NCBI GenBank assembly: GCA_002269645.1
Contig: NIVC01001661.1
Coordinates: 124,001-188,000 of the forward strand
Direction: 5' to 3'
Length of the DNA: 64,000 nt
Origin: Macrostomum lignano
Lineage: Eukaryota
Every line of letters starts with the position of its first letter. Positions within the stretch are counted from its first letter, which is position 1. Below, piece after piece: positions 24,201 through 35,100 of the stretch. A model generated the notes under the pieces. The model did not search any database and was not told the DNA's origin. It saw only the letters and a list, made by a program, of their open reading frames with translations. The translations under genes and the position numbers were made by a program.

Positions 24201-25203
24201 GCAGCAGGTTTCTACCGCCAATCAGCAAATTGGCCAGCGTGTGCTGATGATTTGTCAAATTGAGCGAATTAAGGCCAAACAATGGCCTTAAGTCTTCCAC
24301 GCGTGCTTCTGCCCCTAAGGGCAAAAGTTTTTGTACTTCTTCTGACATTTTTTCGATTCCAGGTGGAATCTTTAACCAAATCCCAAAACAGTGGTTGAAG
24401 CAAAATCTGAATTGAATTTGCATGATTGATGCTAGTAAGATTTATCAACGTTACATGTCCTTAAAAGAGCATAAATTAGTAAATAAAAATGCTTACCCCA
24501 CGTCGGACAGGCATGCTTCAATTTGATTTTGAACTCTACTTAAGTTTTTCACTAGATCGGAAAATTCTGCTAAGTACTTCCTCTCTTCTCTAAGAGAAGG
24601 TTCTCTCAAACTTTTGACTACTTTTTCTAAGCCGTATCCTTCGTCGGACGAGTGCAAAACCTCTAAATTAAAAACTGCTCTCTTTTGGCTCTCAGTTTCG
24701 TCTTGCATGTCAAGGTCGACAAGTTCCTCTGCTAGACTTTGGCAATCATTAATCAAATTTGAAAAGTCAATCAAATGATACCGAATTACGCCTAGATCAA
24801 TAATATCAATTGAGTTTATTAGGTCCAATATTTTGTCGCAAAGCTCTTTAACTTCCTTTAATATTTTGTCGCAAAGCTCTTTAACTTCCTTTAACTTTGC
24901 GCATAAACTTTCAAGGAGATTTAGAACGTTCTCACGTAGGCCATTTTCACATTTAAAATATCTTAAAAGAGTTTCAGACTTATCATTGAACTCTTGAATG
25001 CTCTGGAGAACATCCTGAAAAGTATTTTTAACGGAATTAACACATGAAGCAATCTGCTTCGCTTTCGTGAATGCTTCCAATTGTTGAAGCTGCGCTCGCT
25101 TTGTTCGCTCACTGCGATACATCCGTAGATGGGAACAGGACGGAGAGTAGCTCAAAGAGAAACTATTTGGTACTCCATTTTGAACATATTTGAGTACTTC
25201 CAT
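21212..25203 (-). CDS. Uncharacterised ~1060-aa protein: N-terminal helical/coiled-coil region, two ankyrin-repeat blocks, 397-aa C-terminal domain of unknown family
   Basis: Proposed exons 25203-24497, 24406-23714, 23458-22877, 22811-22805 (micro-exon) and 22405-21212; total 3183 nt, frame intact. Ankyrin motifs RTPLLCAA, GADVNQLDADRNSALHLAV, LPLHLAV and WTPLMYAA. The exon 2/3 acceptor choice is the least certain part, and the ORFs could be separate genes. Confidence 0.65.
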
Positions 25204-25544
25204 TTAGACTTAAAATGACTGAATAGTTAATTATTAAATGTTCGCTGTACCGAATGTAAACTTGAAAACTTGAATTAAAATTAAAACTTAATAAGTTTTC
25301 CAAACTTAGAAACTCCTTTTAAGTAGAGTTATTAAATCTCTTCTTGAACGAATACAATTGGCCCCTATAGTTGTACAGTAAAGATGCATGAGGTGCCTAT
25401 ACACGAACGTGCGTACGGTATCATAATTATACACCAAATGAGAGCGCCATATTCTCGTTTTAATAGAAAACTGCTCATTCTCTGTTTACTCATGAATAAC
25501 GTACAATGCTATGTTGTACGTCAAGCGAGTCTAGTTTGTTAGTC

Positions 25545-25860
25545 TAGTCTAGCTAGTGTTGTCTAGTCTAGTCTAGTTTAGTCTAGTCCAGTCCAGTCTA
25601 TATGTTGAAGGTACTGACGGCATCGGGGTGATGACGGAATGCTTGAGATGTCCAACAGTTGAGGTTTGTCCACTGTCAAGGCTTGATCAGCGAAACTAGA
25701 GAAATCCGCATCAGGGTGTCCATAGTCCCCTGGTGCCACCTGTTGAAGGTCCAGAAGCTCCGCCTGGGTGTAGGTCAGTGACCAACGAAGTCAGAACTGA
25801 TGCAGACACATGTGGTCGACGTGCTGATCAAATTTGGAGACTTGGCAAGGCTGCACTGAG
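25545..25860 (-). mobile_element. 5'-truncated LINE remnant (L2/CR1-group-like) with a (GACTA)n tail
   Basis: Minus-strand translation ends ..TVGHLKHSVI/PDAVSTFNI* (one frameshift; stop at 25600-25598), resembling the TxRxKxSxIPxAxRxxN* end of L2/CR1-group ORF2. A GACTA/GACTG microsatellite tail follows immediately. Confidence 0.5.
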
Positions 25861-26422
25861 GCGCAGTGCTGATAGGCGCACAGGGGTGTACTGAATACAC
25901 TGGCGCTTATGGGAAAAATCCGACCTTCAGGCAGAATTTCCGAATATCTCGACAGACTGGAGGGCAGGCGACTTACTCACTTAACTCAAGAAGGTGCGCA
26001 AAAAAGTTATCCCGTGTTCTGGAGTTTCGTGTGCCTGTGTTGCTGCGTTCCGGCGCGGAAAAAAATTGTCAAGGGGATTCCCCACTTTTTAGTTCTATTG
26101 TTATGTTAAATAAAAATATCCTGACTAATCAACAATTTCTGTATCAATACAGTGTTGGCAATCTGTAGTGGCTTTCGATTGGGCTCGGATCGGGGTTCTG
26201 GGACGGGAGACGCGTGCATGTATTCAAATGTACATTAGCAATCAATGTATTGACAGGCCTCCAGCCAATGAGCGTTGAGGAATGGGAGAGAAAGGGATAG
26301 ATAAGCAAACCCCAAACTTTGGCTGGTTCTTTCAAACCCCAAACCGGCAACGATTGTACATTCATTCTCGTGCATGACTCACCGATAAAACCGATATTCC
26401 ACGCCTGATAAAGCTTCTCAAT

Positions 26423-26429
26423 TATAAAA
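26423..26429 (+). promoter_or_regulatory. Candidate TATA box of the secreted Cys-rich gene
   Basis: TATAAAA about 80 nt upstream of the ATG at 26509; CCAAT at 26265-69. Confidence 0.3.
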
Positions 26430-26508
26430 TAAAGTGATTGAAATACAGCATGCAATTGTAGAATATTCATAGATTCTTTTCTAACTTACTTCGTAAAAAC
26501 AAATAATA

Positions 26509-27820
26509 ATGAAAGCACCGATCATTGTTGTCGTCCTATGTCTGTTAGCAGTGCTACCAATGTGCCTGCAGCAGCAATTGGACATTAACACCTGCCGCCT
26601 GCTGTGTACCAACTGCGATAAGAGTCGCCAAGTGTTTGCTAAGATGTGCCTGACACGGACACCTACGCCAAGCGATGCAGGCACTATCAATGGCACCAGC
26701 TCGGTGGACTCCGGCTTTGACTGTCCTTGTCTGAGGGACACGCAGACTCGTCAAAATGGTGAGTTCTTTGACATATTTCTATTTCGTATTTCTTAATGTT
26801 TCGTATCCATTGATTGGGGTACTCCAAATTAGTCTATTCCTAATCAGTCTATTCCAAATTAGTCTATTCCTAATCAGTCTATTCCAAATTAGTCTATTCC
26901 TAATCAGTCTATTCCAAATCAGTCTATTCCCAATCAGTATATTCCCAATCAGTCTATTCCCAATCAGTCTATTCTCTATCAGTCTATTCCCAATCAGCCT
27001 ATTCTCTATCAGCCTATTCCCAATCAGTCTATTCCCAATCAGTCTATTCCCAATCAGTCTATTCTCTATCAGTCTATTCCCAATCAGTCTATTCCCAATC
27101 AGCCTATTCCCAATCAGCCTATTCCCAATCAGCCTATTCCCAATCAGCCTATTCCCAATCAGTCTATTCTCAATCAGCCTATTCCCAATCAGCCTATTCC
27201 CAATCAGTCTATTCCCAATCAGTCTATTCCCAATCAGTCTATTCCCAATCAGCCTATTCCCAATCAGCCTATTCCCAATCAGTCTATTCTCTATCAGTCT
27301 ATTCTCTATCAGTCTATTCCCAATCAGTCTATTCCCAATCAGTCTATTCCCATGCATCTCTCATTCAGACTTCACTTATTATCATATCGAAGCTGATCAG
27401 CAACAATAAAAATCCCCAGAACTCCCAGGCGGTTCGAGTCCTGCCCCCGAATCCCCCGAGCCTCTTGACTGTCCGGAGCGGCAGCCGCCGCCTCCGCCGC
27501 CCGACTGTCCGACCGGCAGCTTCGTTCGCTGCCGCCTAGGCGGTCCAAACGGCCGTTGCTATGGTAACTGTACCTGCCTAGCAACGGAGGATGGGCCGGA
27601 TGAAGACGAGCAGCCAACGCTGCAGTTGGGGCTCAGCTTCAACAGCAGCTGCCGACTGCCCCGGTGGCTGAGCAAAATCTGCCAGCGCAATTGTCGGCGG
27701 CGACACGGCGGCGACGGCCGGCTGCAGGTCGACGGGCGCGGCTGCGAGCGCTGCCGCTGCTGCCTGAGGCGGGGCGGCCCTGCCAGCGAGCCCTGCTTTG
27801 GCGACAGCGACAGCTACTGA
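26509..27820 (+). CDS. Secreted cysteine-rich protein with a C-terminal antistasin-like module, 216 aa
   Basis: Exons 26509-26758 (G|GTGAGT) and 27420-27820 (CCCCAG|); 651 nt, in frame. Signal peptide MKAPIIVVVLCLLAVLPMCLQ and 20 Cys in the predicted mature chain. The last module matches C-xn-C-x3-C-xn-D-x2-GC-x2-C-x-C. Confidence 0.7.
26805..27352 (+). repeat. 15-bp minisatellite in the intron of the secreted Cys-rich gene
   Basis: Unit CTATTCCCAATCAGT. Confidence 0.95.
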
Positions 27821-27834
27821 CAACCTGGCTGACT

Positions 27835-30660
27835 GACGAATCTCACTGACTGACCCAATCTTATTGACACAATCTCACTGACTGACCCAATCTCACTGAC
27901 ACAATCTCACTGACTGACACAATCTCACTGACTGTCACAATCTCACTGACTGACACAATCTCACTGACTGACACAATCTCACTGACTGACACAATCTCAC
28001 TGACTGACACAATCTCACTGACTGACACAATCTCACTGACTGACACAATCTCACTGACACAATCTCACTGACACAATCTCACTGACTGTCAAAATCTCAC
28101 TGACCCAATCTCACTGACACAATCTCACTGACACAAGCTCACTGACCCAATTTCACTGACACAATCTCACTGACCCAATCTCACTGACACAATCTCACTG
28201 ACCCAATCTCACTGACACAATCTCACTGACACAATCTCACTGACCCAATTTCACTGACACAATCTCACTGACCCAATTTCACTGACACAATCTCACTGAC
28301 CCAATCTCACTGACTGACACAATCCGACTGACTGACACAATCCCACTGACTGACACAATCTCACTGACACAATCTCACTGACTGACACAATCCCACTGAC
28401 TGACACAATCCCACTGACTGACACAATCTCACTGACACAATCTCACTGACTGACACAATCCCACTGACTGACACAATCCCACTGACTGACACAATCCCGA
28501 TGACTGACACAATCCCACTGACACAATCCCACTGACTGACACAATCCCACTGACTGACACAATCCCACTGACTGACACAATCTCACTGACACAATCTCAC
28601 TGACTGACACAATCCCACTGACTGACACAATCCCACTGACTGACACAATCCCACTGACTGACACAATCTCACTGACACAATCTCACTGACTGACACAATC
28701 CCACTGACTGACGCAATCTCACTGACTGACACAATCCCGATGACTGACACAATCCCACTGACACAATCTCACTGACTGACACAATCTCACTGACTGACAC
28801 AATCTCACTGACTGACACAATCCCACTGACTGACACAATCCCACTGACTGACACAATCTCACTGACACAATCCCACTGACTGACACAATCTCACTGACAC
28901 AATCTCACTGACTGACACAATCCCACTGACTGAAACAATCTCACTGACTGACACAATCCCACTGACTGACACAATCTCACTGACACAACTCACTGACTGA
29001 CACAATCTCACTGACTGACACAATCCCGATGACTGACACAATCCCACTGACACAATCTCACTGACTGACACAATCTCACTGACTGACACAATCTCACTGA
29101 CTGACACAATCCCACTGACTGACACAAAACCTACTGACTGACACAATCTCACTGACACAATCCCACTGACTGAAACAATCTCACTGACTGACACAATCCC
29201 ACTGACTGACACAATCTCACTGACACAATCTCACTGACTGACACAATCCCACTGACTGAAACAATCTCACTGACTGACACAATCCCACTGACTGACACAA
29301 TCTCACTGACACAATCTCACTGACTGACACAATCTCACTGACACAATCTCACTGACACAATCCCACTGACTGACACAATCTCACTGACACAATCTCACTG
29401 ACTGACACAATCTCACTGACACAATCTCACTGACACAATCTCACTGACTGACACAATCCCACTGACACAATCCCACTGACTGACACAATCTCACTGACAC
29501 AATCTCACTGACTGACACAATCCCACTGACTGACACAATCCCACTGACTGACACAATCCCACTGACTGACACAATCTCACTGACACAATCTCACTGACTG
29601 ACACAATCCCACTGACACAATCCCACTGACTGACACAATCTCACTGACACAATCTCACTGACTGACACAATCCCACTGACACAATCCCACTGACTGACAC
29701 AATCTCACTGACACAATCTCACTGACTGACACAATCCCACTGACTGACACAATCCCACTGACTGACACAATCCCACTGACTGACACAATCTCACTGACAC
29801 AATCTCACTGACTGACACAATCCCACTGACACAATCCCACTGACTGACACAATCTCACTGACACAATCTCACTGACTGACACAATCCCACTGACACAATC
29901 CCACTGACTGACACAATCTCACTGACACAATCTCACTGACTGACACAATCCCACTGACACAATCCCACTGACTGACACAATCTCACTGACACAATCTCAC
30001 TGACTGACACAATCTCACTGACTGACACAATCCCACTGACACAATCCCACTGACTGACACAATCTCACTGACACAATCCCACTGACTGACACAATCCCAC
30101 TGACTGACACAATCCCACTGACTGACACAATCTCACTGACACAATCTCACTGACTGACACAATCCCACTGACTGACACAATCCCACTGACTGACACAATC
30201 CCACTGACTGACACAATCTCACTGACACAATCTCACTGACTGACACAATCCCACTGACACAATCCCACTGACTGACACAATCTCACTGACACAATCTCAC
30301 TGACTGACACAATCCCACTGACACAATCCCACTGACTGACACAATCTCACTGACACAATCTCACTGACTGACACAATCTCACTGACTGACACAATCCCAC
30401 TGACTGACACAATCCCACTGACTGACACAATCCCACTGACTGACACAATCTCACTGACACAATCTCACTGACTGACACAATCTCACTGACACAATCTCAC
30501 TGACTGACACAATCTCACTGACACAATCTCACTGACTGACACAATCCCACTGACACAATCCCACTGACTGACACAATCTCACTGACACAATCTCACTGAC
30601 TGACACAATCCCACTGACTGACACAATCCCACTGACTGACACAATCTCGCTGACGCAATC
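27835..30660 (+). repeat. 2.8-kb array of 14/18-bp units
   Basis: Unit CACTGA(CTGA)CACAATC(T/C). Confidence 0.97.
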
Positions 30661-31612
30661 TGACAAACACCATCTGATTCAATTTTGCACAGTAATCTAC
30701 TAATAACCTATTTCTTTATCTTTTCTGGTTTTGCAGTAACATAAAGGTAAAAAATCTGAGAAATTTCTGTATCCTGTCTGGAAAATTTCAAGAAAAATAA
30801 ATTATTTATATGAAAACAATATTTTCAAAAAGTTTATTCAAAGTGTTCAGGGTTTTGAGTGAATACTATTATTTATTCATTTGATTTCTTCTAGGCAACT
30901 AAAATGAGTGCAAAAAAGTGCTTAAAAAGTCGAGCGAATGCAGTTTTCGATCAGATAGGTGATCTGGTAAAATATTAAACACAAAGGAATAATAAGCCCA
31001 ATAATATAATAGTTGATAGCAGGTAAAAGTGACAAGAAAGAATAATTGATATCAGCGATGGGAAAAATCCAAACACACAAGGATCACTAGAAATTTAAGT
31101 TTAGAACACTTCGATTCTTAGAAATTGTTTTAAAGGCTCAAGCTTCCGGGAAAAAATCCTTAAAAATAATTAGAGCGTATTTTTTAAGTTTCCGAAAAAA
31201 TGTTTTGAAGATTTTTCAATTTCTCAGAAAAATCGAACTGTCCTGTCCGTGATACTTACTAACAGTAGCGTCCTTCTAATGGCGCTTCTTGTCATATTTT
31301 TTTCAGTATGATCCTTAAAAATATTATCATTTATTATGCAATTAGACGTAAATAATATTTTACGAATGGTGCGAAATATGAGCGTAGTTGGTAAAAGTAA
31401 TTAGGCTTTACGACAGAAATTGACTAATAATAACAAGTGAAGGAACTAGACCTAATTAGCTTAACATATATATACATATCTATTCAGTAACAACAGGATA
31501 AAAAGCTTTGCCAATTTAAAGATTCGCTAGACAAACTACTACAAAAGAGTAGTAACAGCAGAGTTCAGTAGAGCGAGACGTGTTTTATTTGGGAGCAGAA
31601 TGATATCAAGGA

Positions 31613-31929
31613 TAGGGGTCGGCAAACCCCGGACCGATGGGGGTCCTAAAATTTTATGTCTCTTCTCAGCTCCCTTCGTTCTAATCTCCTCTCTTCCCTC
31701 TCTCCTCTTCTCTTTTCGCTCCCCCTCCTCTTTATCCCTCATTTATCATGTAGTCTAATCTCTCCTTTCTTTATTCTCCTTTCTCCTCTTATCTCATATA
31801 ATCTCATATTTCTCGTCTCTCGCCTCTCCTCTCTTCTCTCTCCTCTCTTCGTCCCTCATCTGGGCCGTAGCCATGGGCTGGATTCTTTACCTGACCCTTT
31901 AGGTACAGTGAGCATTTTGCCGACCCCTG
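31613..31929. mobile_element. Possible degenerate hAT-type MITE
   Basis: Ends TAGGGGTCGGCAAA and TTTGCCGACCCCTG, a Charlie-like hAT TIR; no clear 8-bp TSD. Confidence 0.4.
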
Positions 31930-32126
31930 ATAGAATTCAATGTGCTGGCATAGGTAAACCTTTTGTATTTGGGATTGAAAATCTACGGATGCTTTCTTTT
32001 ATGATTGCTGATTCAAGATTTCGAATTACAAGATAAATAAATTTCAGTAAAAGTTCTCAGTAAAAAATGGGTACAATGCAGAATTGACGGCTCAAGGATC
32101 CTCAGTAATCATTCTTCCACCCCAGC

Positions 32127-35100
32127 TCAGGCCGGCGCGCCATCAGCTCGCAGATTCTGCATCTCGACAGCCTCGACTCGACCTTCGGCTCTCATTTTTA
32201 GGAACCGCCGTTTAATCTCCTCGTCAGACAGCAGGTTCTGGTCGCGTTCGAACTCCCAGTCGGCTGTGGCAGTGACGAGCCGCTTGGCCAGCTTAAGGGA
32301 TTTCAAATTGTACTTTTTTTTCTTTATAGGACAACGTTTAACATCCTTTGTAGCTTGCTACCCCTCTTCAGAGGGCTGCTACCCCCACCCCCTCCTCATT
32401 GGGCTGCTACCCCCACTTCCTCTTCAGTGGGCTGCTACCCCCACTCACACCTCCTCATTGGGCTGCTACCCCCACCCGCCTCCTCATTGGGCTGCTACCC
32501 CCACCCGCCTCCTCATTGGGCTGCTACCCCCACCCGCCTCCTCATTGGGCTGCTACCCCCACCCGCCTCCTCATTGGGCTGCTACCCCCACCCGCCTCTT
32601 CATTGGGCTGCTACCCCCACCCGCCTCCTTATTGGGCTGCTACCCCCGACCCCTCCTCATTGGGCTGCTACTCCACTCCCTCTTTAGTTTCCCACCTCAG
32701 TTCACCATGCATTTTAATGTACTCAACTCACAGCAAGCAGCGGCTCCTTATCCTCTGACCGGCTCCGCTTGAAGAGCTCGTAGGCCAGCAGGTAAATGGA
32801 GTACATCGGCAGTGGCACGATACCGAGCGACGCGAACACCCAGCCCATGGCAATGGCCAGGTCCGAATATTTGTAGCCGGCGAACGATGGTGGCCGGTAC
32901 TCCATCATGGTGAAGATGAACAGAGCCTGCGGGTGAAGTATTGGTGTCTGTCATTCTCCCTTATCGTATTATTGGTCTGTCATTCTCCCTTATCGTATTA
33001 TTGTGTCTGTCACTCCTTCACTTATCGCATTATTGTGTCTGTCACTCTCTCAATTATCGAATATTGTGTTTGTCACTCTCTCGATTATCGCATATTGTGT
33101 CTGTCACTCTCTCAATTATCGCATATTGTGTCTGTCACTCTCTCAATTATCGCATATTGTGTCTGTCACTCTCTCAATTATCGCATATTGTGTCTGTCAC
33201 TCTCTCAATTATTGCATATTGTGTCTGTCACTCTATCACATCTTCTGTGTCAACGAGTGCAGTCTGTCACTCTATTATCACACCTTCCGTATCATTTGGT
33301 CTGCGACTGTCACAGCCCTCTGAAAAGTGTATCTATCACTCTCAAAACCTTTATCACAGTCTGTCACTCTCTAAACACTTTTCAGAGTGCTACGAGTACA
33401 AGTACCAGTACTTCAGGGATTGGCAAAATGTACCTCAGGGGCCTGATCAAGAATCCAGCTCATGGCTGCGGGTCAGATGAGAGAGGAAAGAGGAGATAAA
33501 ATAGAGAAGAGCCGAGAACTGAGAAGAGACTCAAACCTTGAGCGGGCCGGATTGCTATTGTGAAGTTTTGAAGGCCATGAGCTAATTGAAGCTCTTTTTA
33601 GAAACGTCACAGCCTCTCTTCCAATCGAGCAACGTTTTCTCCTCAACATCTCAGGCACCGATTTTAACAAATTGATGGTGAAAATATCACCGACCAGTTT
33701 ACAAGCGAGCTCTATTGGCTAATACCGTTATAAAATTGCCTGCCTGCCTGCCTGCCTGCCTGTTTAACTCACTCTCTCCACCATTCGCTCCTAAAAACTG
33801 CTCCCAATTGAATAATTAATTCATGACCGGCTCTATTTAGCTACGGATTAAATGGATCCGAGCGGCTAAATCCTTTGATAGGCAGAAAATTCACTAAATT
33901 ATTTATTCAAATAAAATGGACACTGTGCGGACTTCTGCTGAACAAATGTACCTTCTTGTCAGCTGTGCGTCTTCTAAGTGGGGTTCGATCGGCGAATTTT
34001 CTATCACCTTTTTGATGAGAAAACAGCCTCATCGAATGCACCTTTGCAAATCGGGATAACGAAGTGTTTTATCGTGTAAAAGGGGGCGCCTAATCTATCA
34101 AATGGGCGGCAAGGCTATCAAATGGGCGGCAAGGCTATCAAATGGGCGGCAAGGCTATCAAATGGGCGGCAAGGCTATCAAATAGGGCGCCAAATCTATC
34201 AAAGGGCGCTAAATCTATAAAATGGGGTGCCAAATCTATCAAATGGGGCGCCAAATCTATGAAATGGGCGCCAAATCTATCAAAGGGGCACCAAATCTAT
34301 CAAAAGGGGCATTAAATCTATCAAATGGGGCGCCAAATCTATGAAATGGGCGCCAAGGCTATCAAATAGGGCGCCAAATCTATCAAAGGGCGCTAAATCT
34401 ATAAAATGGGGTGCCAAATCTATCAAATGGGGCGCCAAATCTATGAAATGGGTGCCAAATCTATCAAAGGGGGCACCAAATCTATCAAAAGGGGCATTAA
34501 ATCTATCAAATGGGGCGCCAAGGCTATCAAATAGGGCGCCAAATCTATCAAAGGGCGCTAAATCTATAAAATGGGGTGCCAAATCTATCAAAGGGGGTGC
34601 CAAATCTAACGAATGGGGCGCCAAATCTATCAAATAGGGCGCCAAATCTATCAAAGGGCGCCAAATCTATAAAATGGAGTGCCAAATCTATCAAAGGGGG
34701 CGCCAAATCTAACGAATGGGGCGCCAAATCTATGAACTGGGCGCCAAATCTATCAAAGGGGGCATCAAATCTATCGAAGGGGGCATTAAATCTATCAAAT
34801 AGGGCGCCAAATCTATCAAAGGGCGCCAAATCTATAAAATGGAGTGCCAAATCTATCAAAGGGGGCGCCAAATCTATCAAAGGGGCGCCAAATTTCAAAA
34901 GGGAGCTCTAAATTGAATATATAAAGGAAATCAAGCGCTCACCAACAGCACAATGGGCAGAACGGCGCGCCAAACGATGTCCCAGAAGATGGTCATTCGA
35001 ACTCCGGTCATCAGGCGGATGTTGGCGCGAACCCGACCGCTGCCTGTCGCATTCAAATATTGAAATTTCTCCTCGATTAAAGTGGCACCGATTCATAATA

